Notes: generated by a model from the sequence alone, not told the origin. A DNA stretch of 64,000 nucleotides from Octopus sinensis (GCF_006345805.1 NC_043023.1:16244001-16308000); one strand, 5' to 3'. Shown: positions 27,842 through 42,065, counted from the first letter of the stretch. Made by a program: numbers and translations.

Positions 27842-29284
27842 CTAATGAATGAGTCTGTGAGTGGTCAAGTGCTCTATTTCAGAGAATGATTCACCACAGG
27901 TGTCACAATGATGTGACTTCACCCCTGAATGAATACATTTGTGTTTATTTAAATGTCCCATTTGAGTGAATGATTCACCACAGATATCACAGTGATAAGG
28001 CTTTTCGCCTGTATGAGTACATTTGTGATTAGTTAAGTTAGCTTTTACAGAGAATGATTCACCACAGGTGTCACAATGATGTGATTTCATTCCTGAAGGA
28101 ATACATTTGTGTCTACTTAATTGTCCCTTTTGAATGAATGATTTACTGCAAATATCACAGTGATATGGTTTCTCACCTGTATGGATAAACCTGTGAGTGG
28201 ATAAGTCACCACTTTGAGAGAATGATTTATCACAGATATCACATTGATATGGTTTCTCACCTGTATGAGTACGTTTATGTACAGTTACAGCACTTCTGTG
28301 AGTGAATGATTTACCACAGATACCACAGGAATATGGCTTTTCTCCTGTATGAGTAAATTTGTGGGTAGCTAGGTCACTATTTCGAGAGAATGATTTACCA
28401 CAGATATCACACTGATAAGGTTTCTTGCCTGTATGAGTATGTCTGTGTTTAGCTAAGTCACTATTTCGAGTGAATGATTTACCACAGATATCACAGGAAT
28501 ATGGCTTTTCTCCTGTATGAATACGTCTGTGACAAGTTAAACCACTACAATTAGAAAATGATTTACCACAGATATCACACTGATGGGGTTTCTCGCCAGT
28601 ATGAGTATGTCTGTGTTTAGCTAAGTCACCGTTTCGAGAGAATGATTTACCGCAGATATCACACTGATATGGTTTCTCTCCCGTATGAATAACTTTGTGT
28701 GTCGCTAAGTTAACTCTCACAGAGAATGATTTACCACAGATATCACACTGATAAGGTTTCTCTCCTGTATGAATACGTCTGTGACAAGTTAAACCACTAC
28801 AATTAGAAAATGATTTACCACAGATATCACAATGATATGGTTTCTCTCCCGTATGAATAACTTTGTGTGTCGCTAAGTTAACTCTCACAGAGAATGATTT
28901 ACCACAGATATCACACTGATATGGTTTCTCTCCTGTATGAATACGTCTGTGACAAGTTAAACCACTACAATTAGAAAATGATTTACCACAGATATCACAA
29001 TGATATGGTTTATCGCCTGTATGACTAAGTTTGTGAGTAGCTATGTAACTCTTTAGAGAGAATGATTTACCACAGATATCACAATGATATGGTTTCTCTC
29101 CTGTATGAGTAAGTTTGTGTTTAGTTACGTGACTGTTTTGAGTGAATGATTTACCACAGATATCACATTGATATGGTTTGTCTCCTGTATGACTAAGTTT
29201 GTGAGTAGCTATGTAACTCTTTAGAGAGAATGATTTACCACAGATATCACAGTCGTATACAGATTTTCCTCTTTCTTTTGGCAT
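27842..29284 (-). CDS. C2H2 zinc-finger protein, copy 3 (480 aa, 17 finger units, unit 14 degenerate)
   Basis: ATG at 29284; open frame; unit 14 ends HKCIP, lacking the second His. Confidence 0.92.
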   Translation of the reverse strand: MPKERGKSVYDCDICGKSFSLKSYIATHKLSHTGDKPYQCDICGKSFTQNSHVTKHKLTHTGEKPYHCDICGKSFSLKSYIATHKLSHTGDKPYHCDICGKSFSNCSGLTCHRRIHTGEKPYQCDICGKSFSVRVNLATHKVIHTGEKPYHCDICGKSFSNCSGLTCHRRIHTGEKPYQCDICGKSFSVRVNLATHKVIHTGEKPYQCDICGKSFSRNGDLAKHRHTHTGEKPHQCDICGKSFSNCSGLTCHRRIHTGEKPYSCDICGKSFTRNSDLAKHRHTHTGKKPYQCDICGKSFSRNSDLATHKFTHTGEKPYSCGICGKSFTHRSAVTVHKRTHTGEKPYQCDICDKSFSQSGDLSTHRFIHTGEKPYHCDICSKSFIQKGQLSRHKCIPSGMKSHHCDTCGESFSVKANLTNHKCTHTGEKPYHCDICGESFTQMGHLNKHKCIHSGVKSHHCDTCGESFSEIEHLTTHRLIH

Positions 29285-32200
29285 CTCTGCAGCTAAAACT
29301 AACAAAATTCCAAGATTCTCACACAATTCCTCTTTCTGTAATTTTTTCTTCAACAAAATGGTCTGGAAATTTCCTTTCTTCTTGTTTCTATATTTTATTC
29401 CTAACAAATGTTACAACTGCCATATTTTTATCAAATATAAGCTTTGCTGATATCTTCAGATGTTGTAAATGTCTTTTTAAATTTATCCAAGTTTATTCAG
29501 AATTCAAATTTAGGTTGTACTCGTTTCAGAGTGAATCCAAGAAATTTCACCAATAATGTCACTCAGAAGAAATATTTTACTGTAATTCACAGTTAATTTA
29601 CATAAACAGGGTTCTTATATCCAGTTCTGTGTAACATCATCTTCAAAATATGATAAATATTGATGACGCTTCTGCAGTAAAATTCCTCTGATGCCAATGT
29701 CCTCTGATATTCTGAAATAAGAGAGAAAAAACAGTTTAAGACAGAGTGTAGCTTTGGTTATGACAAAGGCTTGGTGTTCATTTATATACGACATTTACTG
29801 CTAGATTTTTTTTAAACAAGGCTTCATGAAAATACAGACTCAATCTTATATGAACATTGTATTTGAGAGGAGTTGAAGGCCTTCAACAGATAACATTGTG
29901 TAACAAGATTTTGGGCCTTGGGTAGCAATTGTTATTCCTTATTTGTTAACCCCTAGACAGTTTGAAAAGTAGCTAAGATCTCCCTCAAACTTTTCCCTTC
30001 TTATGATAATAATTCAAACCCCAAAGAATCCCTCTAAACCCACAGCTATGGCACTTCCCCCCCACTTCTCCTGCTCATCATCAGAGATGCACATATTGTT
30101 AGTCACTAAGGGACATGGTCAAGTGGTTATCGTCAAGCAACTGACAGGCAAATCTGTGGTATTGAGCAGAATATTTGCTACAATATTTCTGCTTCAGCAA
30201 CTCAGCACTGAAACCATTTGAAGTGGAAGGGAAACAGGTCAGTTTCAAAACATTGATGTCCAAGTAAACAGAATGATACGTACATAAGTAATATATATTT
30301 CTTTACCGCCCACAAGGGGCTAAACATAGAGGGGACAGACAAAGGAATTAAGTCGATTATATCGACCCCAGTGCGTAACTGGTACTTAATTTATTGACCC
30401 TGAAAGGCGAAGTCGACCTCAGCGGAATTTGAACTCAGAACGTAACGACAGACGAAGTACCGCTAGGCATTTCGCCCGGTGCGCTAACGTGTCTGCCAGC
30501 TCGCCGCCTTGGTACATAAGTAATATAGGCAGCCAAGCAAACACACACACACACACACACGTGCAAAGGAAGATTGAAGGACAGCACTATATACACACAT
30601 GCACACTTCACACAAGGACACATAGAGAGACACACATCCATGCACAACAGATGTATGCACAGTCACAAATACCCATACACAGACACACTCAGACGTGCAC
30701 ACACAAGGACACAGACGTACACACACAAACACATGAATATGCAGAATACATACATAGATACAAACGTGCGGCTGTGTGGTAAGTAGCTTGCTTACCAACC
30801 ACATGGTTCCGGGTTCAGTCCCACTGCGTGGCATCTTGGGCAAGTGTCTTCTACTGTAGCCTCGGGCCAACCAGAGCCTTGTGAGTGGATTTGGTAGACG
30901 GAAACTGAAAGAAGCCCGTTGTATATATGTATATATATATATAAATATATGTATGTTTGTGTGTCTGTGTTTGTCCCCCTAGCATTGCTTGACAACCGAT
31001 GCTGGTGTGTTTATGTCCACATCACTTAGCGGTTCGGCAAAAGTGACCGATAGAATAAGTACTGGGCTTACAAAGAATAAGTCCCGGGTCGCGTTGCTCG
31101 ATTAAAGGCAGTGCTCCAGCATGGCCGCAGTCAAATGACTGAAACAAGTAAAAGAGTAAAGAGTAAAAATTTCAGTTATCTCTTTCTTTCACACATTACT
31201 CTCTCTCTGTCTCTTCACACACACTAACAGAAGCACTTCACTTACACAACATACTGTCTGTCTCCCACACCCCATCAAACACACACACACATGTACATCA
31301 ATGCTTCCCCTGGACGGTAACTTCAAAAGAACTTCCCTCGTCATACAATCGCCTTTTCTTAGTCTCTTTCGCTCTCATTACTTCAGAAGTTCCCGCAAGC
31401 CCATATGTAAAAAGAAAAAAATTTTTTACGGAAATCGACGGAAAGGTCTACTAGAGACGAAAGATTGCCCCATGGCGTAACTTCGGTATAAGTACCGGAT
31501 ACATTTCAAGGTGTTTTTTTATATATGCGGGTTTAGGGTTAGGGGTGAGAGAAAAGGGGTTTCTGTTATCTCCAGAAATGTAAACAAGGTCAAGTGTGTA
31601 CCTATACCGAAGGATCACCCTATTGGGTTTATTGTCTTCACTCAGTTTTTTTTCCCGATAATTTACTGAACAGAGAGAAAAAGAAAAAGAAGCGGAGGTA
31701 AATAATACTGACACATTAATGATGAATCTACTGTAGAGACGGATGTCCAAATGAGAACTTTAGCCAAGGTAGACAATGACGGAATATATATAACACTTAC
31801 CTATCGTTTATAGACCCTGTGGAGGAGGAAGATATCACAATAAATCCAAGGTGGACAATGACAGTAAGCAGGTAACATAGAGATCCAGCAAGGAACAAGT
31901 CGCAGTACGTTCAAGCAAGTCAGAAATTAAACCGAGGTCGACTTTGCCTTTCATCCTTTCGGGGTCGATTAAATAAGTACCAGTTACGTACTGGGGTCGA
32001 TGTAATCGACTTAATCCGTTTGTCTGTCCTTGTTTGTCCCCTCTGTGTTTAGCCCCTGGTGGGTAGCAAAGAAATAGGTATATAGGATCCGGCAACGAAG
32101 TCGCAGAACGTTGAGGCAGTCAGAACTTTAGCCAAGGAAGCGAATGATGGCTTCGTAAGAAATTCTAGGTTTTACCATGAATGCTGATTTATATTTTTAA

Positions 32201-34470
32201 GATCAACGTGGTAAAGAATGCAGGAGATAAATGATTGATATTGTTAATTAGCAATCACGTCTATTAAATTAAATGTTGGCTAATTATCTGTTAAACGAAC
32301 GAGACAGGTGATAATGTAGGCGAGGGTCCATCAACGGCAGGGAATGAAAAATATTGCGGGAAAACGTACCATGGGGAAGTAACTCTGCATTTAAGCTAGG
32401 ATCATCTAGAGTTCAGTGGGTACATCAGTTCGACGTGGTGGTCCTTCAGGAAGCTCTGAGTTTTATGAACTAATAAAGGTTCCAAATTTTGGTACGAGGC
32501 CAGCAATTTGGAGAAAGGGACGAGTCGATTACACCGACGTCCCTGTTTATCTTGTACTTATCTTTTTTATTCGGTGGTGAAAGGATGAAAAGTAAAGTGG
32601 ATCTTTTCTGTTTGACCGGCAGTTTTTTAAAATAATTTCCACGTAACTAAACACTTTTAAACTTCGTATACTGGTAGAATGTGTTTATAAAGCATCTTTT
32701 TCTCTTGGCTTTATTGAGAAAATTCTGTAGTTTGTAAGATATTTGTTGTTTCTTTTCTTCAATTTCTGCAATTTCAACCAATCAATGACGTCTATTGAGG
32801 TAAAGAACATTCTGTGCCGTATGAAAATGCCCCTCGTTTAAAAAACAGATTGGGTTTATTTACATTTCTGAAGAAAAAGGGATCTTTTCGGTTTGAACGG
32901 CAGTTTTTCCTAGTGGTGTCATATGAAATTGTCACCCATAATTATGACCCTAGTATCGATCTATTGCATTTCAATCTGTTTTAGGGTTAGGGTTGGGGGG
33001 AAGGGTATCTTTCTTTTTTTTTTCCACAAATGTAAATAAACCCAATCTATTTCTTAAACGAGGGACATATTCATACTGCCTTTAAGCAGTACAAAAACAA
33101 CAAAAAAATGGAAGGTGCAGTTATGACAAAAACGATGCATGCAAATGGGTTGGCTGGAGGTAAATCTAGATGGAAAAGCATGAGGAATTTATGAGAACGC
33201 CCCTGGGACAATAATATATATATAATTATAACAAAGGGTTATTTGCAACAAGTTGCTTAAACCACATACCGAAAATATTAGAAATAGCAGCCAAATAGGC
33301 TACTATTACTATTACTACAAAAAGAAGTCTCCACAAACAACAGTATTTGCAACCCGTATATGGTAGAAGGAAGGAAGACAACGAAATCACACAGTCTACT
33401 TTATATATATATATATATACACATGAGCAAAATACCCCCTCCTCCCGGCCGTCCAATGGAATGTGCTGAGTTGTCAAACATTTAAACCAAATTTTCTCAA
33501 AACAACTTGTCCGACCGCTCCATAGGCCTCCCCTTTGAGAAACACTGATTTAACCTAAATTAGGGACACCAGCAAAAGAAGAAATAAAGGTAGACTTTTT
33601 TTCTATTCCAAGGAAAAACGATTTTATTCACAAAAATATGCAACCGAAGAGTTTAAAGTACCAGTAATTATAAGGCTGTTGACTGGGAGAACACAAACAT
33701 GGTTTAAACAGTAAGCTTGGCAGGAAAGAAACGTGCCTTTAAGCAGGACAAAAACAACAAAAAATGGAAGGTGCAGTTATGTACAGGTTGACGGAGGAAA
33801 ACCAGGACAAAAACGGCTTTATTGATCGCATTTTCACCTGGAATATATTATTGTAATTTTTTCTCACCTGGAATCGATTTTTGTAATTTTTTCAAAGACT
33901 AATACACGCCCTGATATCGTCGGTATCTACATATAAAATTTAAGTGCAATCGGATGGAGGATGCCCGAAATCCGACAAGACACACAGACAGACAGACAGA
34001 ACGGATTTTATATAAGAGATTATGAAAAACAGCTTTTATTAAAAATATCAGAATGGTAGATAAATAAAAAATATAGTATTTTGTTATATCTTCTTTATCA
34101 TCTGGATACATTTATTGTTATATAAGATATTCCTATCAACAAATGACTTTTGATATTGATACAGTCACTCTTCTCTATGATGAGAAATATATCTGTAGTT
34201 AATTGTCTTTTTTCAGAGAAGGATATACCACAGAATCAGTTACATGGTTTCTCTTCTATATCGATGTGTGTCTGTGTTTATCTAAGAGATTTATTTGAGA
34301 GAACCATTCACCACAGATATCACAATGACATGGTTTCTCTCCTAATGAATGAGTCTGTGAGTGGTCAAGTGCTCTATTTCAGAGAATGATTCACCACAGG
34401 TGTCACAATGATGTGACTTCACCCCTGAATGAATACATTTGTGTTTATTTAAATGTCCCATTTGAGTGAA

Positions 34471-36120
34471 TTATTCACCACAGATATCACAGTGATAAGG
34501 CTTTTCGCCTGTATGAGTACGTTTGTGATTAGTTAAGTTAGCTTTTACAGAGAATGATTCACCACAGGTGTCACAATGATGTGATTTCATTCCTAAAGGA
34601 ATACATTTGTGTCTACTTAATTGTCCCTTTTGAATGAATGATTTACTGCAAATATCACAGTGATATGGCTTTTCACCTGTATGAATACGTTTGTGATTAG
34701 TTAAGTTAGCTTTTACAGAGAATGATTTACCACAGATATCACAGTGGTAAGGTTTCTCACCTGTATGGATAAACCTGTGAGTGGATAAGTCACCACTTTG
34801 AGAGAATGATTTATCACAGATATCACATTGATATGGTTTCTCACCTGTATGAGTACGTTTATGTACAGTTACAGCACTTCTGTGAGTGAATGATTTACCA
34901 CAGATATCACAGGAATATGGCTTTTCTCCTGTATGAGTAAATTTGTGGGTAGCTAGGTCACTATTTCGAGAGAAGGATTTACCACAGATATCACATTGAT
35001 ATGGTTTCTCACCTGTATGAGTAAGTCTGTGTATAGTTAAGTTACCTTTCAAAGGAAATAATTTACCACAGATATCACACTGATAAGGTTTCTTGCCTGT
35101 ATGAGTATGTTTGTGTTTAGCTAAGTCACCGTTTCGAGAGAATGATTTACCGCAGATATCACACTGGTAAGGTTTCTCCCCTGTATGAGTGAGTTTGTGT
35201 GTAACTAAGTACTCACATCGAGAGAATGATTTACTACAGATATCACAGTGATATGGTTTCTCTCCTGTATGAATACGTTTATGTATAGTTACAGCACTTC
35301 TTCGAGTGAATGATTTACCACAGATATCACACTGATAAGGTTTCTCCCCTGTATGAATACGTCTGTGACACGTTAAACCACTACAATTAGAAAATGATTT
35401 ACCACAGATATCACAATGATATGGTTTATCGCCTGTATGAGTAAGTTTGTGAGTAGCTATGTTACTCTTTAGAGAGAATGATTTACCACAGATATCACAA
35501 TGATATGGTTTCTCTCCTGTATGAGTAAGTTTGTGTTTAGTTACGTTACTGTTTTGAGTGAATGATTTACCACAGATATCACACTGATAAGGTTTCTCCC
35601 CTGTATGAGTAAGTTTGTGTGTAGTTAAGTTACCTTTGAAAGAAAATAATTTACCACAGATATCACACTGATAAGGTTTCTTGCCTGTATGAGTATGTCT
35701 GTGTTTAGTTAAGGCACCATTTCGAGAGAATGATTTACCACAGATATCACACTGATATGGTTTCTCTCCTGTATGAATACGTCTGTGACAAGTTAAACCA
35801 CTACAATTAGAAAATGATTTACCACAGATATCACAATGATATGGTTTCTCCCCTGTATGAATACGTCTGTGACAAGTTAAACCACTACAATTAGAAAATG
35901 ATTTACCACAGATATCACACTGATAAGGTTTCTCCCCTGTATGAATACGTCTGTGACACGTTAAACCACTACAATTAGAAAATGATTTACCACAGATATC
36001 ACAATGATATGGTTTCTCTCCTGTATGAGTAAGTTTGTGAGTAGCTATGTTACTCTTTAGAGAGAATGATTTACCACAGATATCACAGTCGTATACAGAT
36101 TTTCCTCTTTCTTTTGGCAT
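34471..36120 (-). CDS. C2H2 zinc-finger protein, copy 4 (549 aa; 19 complete units, nonsense codon in unit 20 of 21)
   Basis: ATG at 36120; TCA->TAA at 34471-34473 relative to copy 3; paralogous stop at 34342. Confidence 0.88.
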   Translation of the reverse strand: MPKERGKSVYDCDICGKSFSLKSNIATHKLTHTGEKPYHCDICGKSFSNCSGLTCHRRIHTGEKPYQCDICGKSFSNCSGLTCHRRIHTGEKPYHCDICGKSFSNCSGLTCHRRIHTGEKPYQCDICGKSFSRNGALTKHRHTHTGKKPYQCDICGKLFSFKGNLTTHKLTHTGEKPYQCDICGKSFTQNSNVTKHKLTHTGEKPYHCDICGKSFSLKSNIATHKLTHTGDKPYHCDICGKSFSNCSGLTCHRRIHTGEKPYQCDICGKSFTRRSAVTIHKRIHTGEKPYHCDICSKSFSRCEYLVTHKLTHTGEKPYQCDICGKSFSRNGDLAKHKHTHTGKKPYQCDICGKLFPLKGNLTIHRLTHTGEKPYQCDICGKSFSRNSDLATHKFTHTGEKPYSCDICGKSFTHRSAVTVHKRTHTGEKPYQCDICDKSFSQSGDLSTHRFIHTGEKPYHCDICGKSFSVKANLTNHKRIHTGEKPYHCDICSKSFIQKGQLSRHKCIPLGMKSHHCDTCGESFSVKANLTNHKRTHTGEKPYHCDICGE

Positions 36121-36619
36121 CTCTGCAGCTAAAACTAACAAAACTCCAAGATTCTCACACAATTCCTCTTTCTGTAATTTCTTTATTCAACAAAATGGTC
36201 TGGAAATTTCATTTCTTCTTGTTTCTATATTTTATTCCTAACAAATGTTACAACTGCCATATTTTTTATCAAATATAAGCTTTACTGATATCTTTAAGAT
36301 GTAAAGTTTATTCAGAATACAAATTTAGGTTTTACCCATTTCAGAGTGAATCCAAGAAATTTCACCAATAATGTCACTCAGAAGAAATATTTTACAGTAA
36401 TTCACAGTTAATTTACATAAACAGGGTTCTTATATCCAGTTCTGTGTGACATCGTCTTCAAAATATGATAAACATTGATGACGCTTCTGCAGTAAAATTC
36501 CTCTGATGCCAATGTCCTCTGATATTCTGAAATAAGAGAGAAACAACAGTTTAAGACAGAGTGTAGCTTTGGTTATGACAAAGGCTTGGTGTTCATTTAT
36601 ATACGACATTTACTGCCAC

Positions 36620-37225
36620 TGTTGTATTTAGGAATGGTCATTTTGCCAGTTTAGCCAATAAAAACACACGCACTATATATTTGGTGTTACTTTGCTTCAG
36701 TGTTATTTATTTTTTACATTAATCCTTAATCTTATTTCGGCCAGAGTTCTTTCGTCACAATCCTGTGACCTCATCATTTTTATATTATTATTATTATACA
36801 TAAATACATAATAATAATAATAATAATAATAAGTAGGAGTAAACACATGAACAAAATAAAAATAAACAAAAACAAATTACACGAACGTATATAAACAGGA
36901 GATACAAATATTACTGGCTATTTCTCCACCCCACTAACTAAACATAGGCATACATAGAGGTATACGCATGCGCAAATGAAGACGCATACAATAGGAATAC
37001 AAAATACAAAATGGTTGATTGTTAGTAAGGAGAGACACACAAATAAGAAAGAAGAAAGCAAAGGACCACTGATGCGGTCACAGGAGTGTGACGAAAGAAC
37101 TCTGGCCGAAATAAGATTAGGATTAATGTAAAAAATAAATAACGTTGAAGCAAAGTAACACCAAATATATAGTGCGTGTGTTTTTATTGGCTTAACTGGC
37201 AAAATGACCATTCCTAAATACAACA
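36620..37225. mobile_element. Fold-back insertion (~155-bp arms) with degenerate hammerhead motifs, probably Penelope-derived
   Basis: Arms 36620-36776 and 37070-37225; plus strand CCA-CTGATGC-G-GTCAC-AGGAGT-GTGAC-GAAA-GAAC-TC-TGG; present only in the copy 4 intron. Confidence 0.7.
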
Positions 37226-38500
37226 ATGTCTGTTTCAACACACGACTTCACATCAAAAATCTTGCAAAACAAATATATAAACGTAAAAATAATTTGCTAC
37301 ATTTTTAACAAAGCTTCAGAAAATACAGACTCAATCTTATATGAACATAGGCGCAGGAGTGGCTGTGTGGTAAGTAGCTTGCTTACCAACCACATGGTTC
37401 CAGGTTCAGTCCCACTGCGTGGCACATTGGGCAAGTGTCTTCTACTATATCCTTGTGCCGACCAAAGCCTTGTGAGTGGATTTGGTAGACGGAAACTGAA
37501 AGAAGCCCGTTGTATATATGTATATATATGCGCGTGTGTGTGTTTGTCCCCCTAGCATTGCTTGACAACCGATGCTGGTGTGTTTACGTCCCCGTAACTT
37601 AACGGTTTGGCAAAAGAGACCGATAGAATAAGTACTGGGCTTACAAAGAATAAGTCCCGGGGTCGAGTTGCTCAACTAAAGGCGGTGCTCCAGCATGGCC
37701 GCAGTCAAATGACTGAAACAAGTAAAAGAGTAAAAGAGTATTGTATTTGAGAGGAGTTGAAGGCCTTCAACAGATAACATTGTATAACAAGATTTTGGGC
37801 CTTTGGTAGCAATTGTTATTTCCTACATGCTTACCCCTAGAAAGTGGAGGCGCAATGGCCCAGTGGAGTCAACAGATGATCAAGCAGCTTTGTATCACCT
37901 TGAAAAGAGTCTAAAAAGGGCCAGAGTTGGAAGAATCTCTCAATCATTTCGTAAGTACTGGACCAACAGGATTTATTTCTTTGTATAAGGTTTGTTTGTT
38001 CCTTCTCGAGCCACACCTAGCTCATAAGGGCTAGTTTCCCAGTTTCCTTTGTTTATAGGTTCCCCACCTGGATGGGACGTCAGTCCGTCGCAGGTGAGCT
38101 GCAAGATGCAGGAGGAAAGAATAAGAGAAAGTTGTGGCGAAAGAGTCAGCAGAAGTTTGCCATTGCCTTCTGCCAGAGCCGCAAGGAGCTTAGGTGTTTC
38201 GCTCATAAACACACGCATCGCCCTGTCTGAGATTTGAACCCGTGATCCCTCGACTGCAAGTCCGCTGCTCTAACCACCAGGCCATGTGCCTCTACTTTTG
38301 TATAAGGTGCAAAGGTGTTTTTCCCCAAAGTTTGCCCACAAGTTTTAATGATTTTAGCTTGCCCATCAATATATTAATTTTTCAAGCAGAACTTTCTGCC
38401 TGTCGAGATGAGCAGAAACAGCTAGATTGAATTAATGAGAGGCACATCCAATCAATGTTATTGATTGGTTGAAATTGCCGAAAATTAACAAATTAAACGA

Positions 38501-38940
38501 CAAATATCTTACAAACTATAGAATTTTCTCAATAAAGCCAAGAGAAAAAGATGTTTTATAAACATATTCTAGCAGTATACGAAGTTTAAAAGTGTTTAGT
38601 TACGTGGAAATTATTTTAAAAAACTGCCGGTCAAACCGAAAAGATCCCAAATATCTTACAAACTATAGAATTTTCTCAATAAAGCCAAGAGAAAAAGATG
38701 TTTTATAAACATATTCTACCAGTATACGAAGCTTAAAAGTGTTTAGTTACGTGGAAATTATTTTAAAAAACTGCCGTTCAAACCGAAAAGATCCCAAATA
38801 TCTTACAAATTATAGAATTTTCTCAATAAAGCCAAGAGAAAAAGATGTTTTATAAACATATTCTACCAGTATCCGAAGTTTAAAAGTGTTTAGTTACGTG
38901 GAAATTATTTTTAAAAACTGCCGGTCAAACGGAAAAGATC
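38501..38940. repeat. Three tandem 147-bp copies of one terminus of the GATCTTTTC TIR element
   Basis: CAAATATCTTACAAA...GAAAAGATC units start at 38501, 38648 and 38795. Confidence 0.9.
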
Positions 38941-39956
38941 GAGACATACGGCTGATGTAGTTTAACAATTTTTTTTTTCAAGGCTTGAGCACCAATTGAA
39001 GAATTCAAATTTGATGGCAAAGAATCCAAATTAAATTGAAAACGTCTGTGGCTGTGTGGTAAGTAGCTTGTTTACCAACAACATGGTTCCGGGTTCAGTC
39101 TCTTGGTGTTATTGAGAAAATTCTAGAGTTTGTAAGATATTTGTTGTTTTTTTTCTGTAATTTCAACCAATCAATGACGTCTATTGAGGTGAAAGCATTC
39201 TGTGCCGTATGAATGTCCCTCGTTTAAGAAACAGATTGGGTTTATTTACATTTCTGAAGAAAATAAGATACCCTTCCCCCCAAACCCTAACCCTAAATTA
39301 GATGGAAATGCAATAGATCGATACTAGGGTCATAATTATGGGTGACAATTTCATATGACACTGCTAGAAAACACTGTCGTTCAAACCGAAAAGATCCAAC
39401 AGATTAAATAAGAACAACACACAGTACCTGTTTTTGGTAACCCCCCCCCCATCATACTCTTAAAACATCGTTTTACGTTCTTCTAAAAACTTTCAACCGA
39501 ATTTGTATGAACATTTGTTATAGGATAGGTAGTCGTTTTAGGATCGACTAGTCACGACTAGCTTGTGCGAGTGCGCGCACCGGGACCACTCTTCTTAAAT
39601 AGTACCAACATCTTAGTTATTCCAATTTTTAAATTCGCTTTTACATTGTGCGAGACCCTTCCGTGTATGGATTAAAACAATTATTTTCCTCCTTCAGTTT
39701 CTTTCCGATAACTCACTGAACACACACACGCAAAAAGTTCAAGTGAATAATACTCTCTCTTTACTCTTTTACTTGTTCCAGTCATTTGACTGCGGCCACG
39801 CTGGAGCACAGCCTTTAATCGAGCAACTCGACTCCGGGACTTATTCTTTTGTAAGCCCAGTACTTATTCTATCGGTCACTTTTGCCGAATCGCTAGGTAA
39901 CGGGGACATAAACACACCAGCAATTCTCAAGCAATGTTAGGGGGACAAACACACAC

Positions 39957-40013
<57 letters not shown>

Positions 40014-41757
40014 TACGACGGGCTTCTTTTCAGTTTCTGTCTACCAAATCCACTGACAAGGCTATAGTAGAAGACACTTGCTCAAGGTGCCACGCAGTGG
40101 GACTGAACCCGAAACCATGTGCTTTTGGTGGGGACAAACAGACACACAAACACATATATATACACCAGCATCGGTTGTCAAGCAATGCTAGGGGGACAAA
40201 CACAGTCACACACATATATATATACACATCTATACGACAGGCTTCTTTCAGTTTCCGTCTACCAAATCCACTCACAAGGATTTGGTTGGCTCGAGGCTAT
40301 AGTAGAAGACACTTGCCCAAGGTGCCACGCAGTGGGACTGAACCCGGAAGCATGTGGTTGGTAAGCAAGCTACTTACCACACAGCCACTCCTGCGCAATA
40401 CTGACACATTAATGATAAATCTAGAGAGAGATGCCCAGCCAAGGTAGACAATGACAGAATAAATATAACACTTACGTATTATATAATAGACCCAGTGTAG
40501 AGGAGGAAGATATCACAATAAATCCAAGGTGGACAATGACAGTAAGCAGGTAACATAGAGATCCAGCAAGGAACAAGTCGCAGTACGTTCAAGCAAGTCA
40601 GAAATTAAACCGAAGTCGACTTTGCGTTTCGTCCTTTCGGGGTCGATCAAATAAGTACCAGTTACGTACTGGTGTCGATATAATCGACTTAATCCGTTTG
40701 TCTGTCCTTGTTTGTCCCCTATGTGTTTAGCCCCTGGTGGGTAGTAAAGAAATAGGTATATAGGATCCGGCAACGAAGTCGCAGAACGTTGAGGCAGTCA
40801 GAACATTAGCCAAGGAAGCGAATGATGGCTTCGTAAGAAATTCTAGGTTTTACCATGAATGCTGATTTATATTTTTAAGATCAACGTGGTAAATAATGCA
40901 GGAGATAAATGATTGATATTGTTAATTAGCAATCACGTCTATTAAATTAAATGTTGGCTAATTATCTGTTAAACGAACGAGACAGGTGATAATGTAGGCG
41001 AGGGTCCATCAACGGCAGGGAATGAAAAATATTGCGGGAAAACGTACAATGGGGAAGTAACTCTGCATTTAGAGAATTCTTTAATTCACACCTGGGGTTA
41101 TTTCGAACTCAGTTAAAATATCAGTTACACGTGGTAGTCCTGGGACTTTTTGGGGGGTTTTTTTGGTATTGCCCACAAGGGGCTAAATATAGAGGTTCGG
41201 ATCTTTTCGCTTTGAACGGCAGTTTTTTTCTAGCGGTGTCATATGAAATTGTCACCCACAATTATGACCCTTGTATCGATCTATTGCATTTCAATCTGTT
41301 TTAGGGTTAGGGGTGGGGAGAAGGGTATCTTTTTTTTCTTCAGAAATGTAAATAAACCCAATCTGTTTCTTAAACGAGAGACATATGTATATATACATAT
41401 ACATATATATATATATACATATACATATATATATACATGTACATATACACACACACACACACACATATATATATACATATACACATATATATACATGTAC
41501 ATATATATACTCACATATATATATATACACACACACATATACATATATATATATATACATATACACATATAATAAACATGTACATATATATACATATATA
41601 TATACACACACATATATATATATATATTTACATATACACACATAATAAACATGTACATATATATACATATATATATACACACACATATATATATATATAT
41701 TTACATATACACACACATATATATATATATACATTTATATATATATATACATATATG

Positions 41758-41798
<41 letters not shown>

Positions 41799-41927
41799 GT
41801 ACATATATGTATACATATACTTACATATATATGTACATACATATATATGTATACATGTATATATATACATATATATATATATATATACATACATATATAT
41901 ATATACATACATATATATGTATACATG

Positions 41928-41979
<52 letters not shown>

Positions 41980-42011
41980 CATATATATGTATACATGTAT
42001 ATATATACATA

Positions 42012-42065
<54 letters not shown>

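Noticed and set aside
37349-37425. tRNA-like sequences with A and B boxes
   Set aside because: SINE heads: no complete cloverleaf and always joined to SINE bodies.
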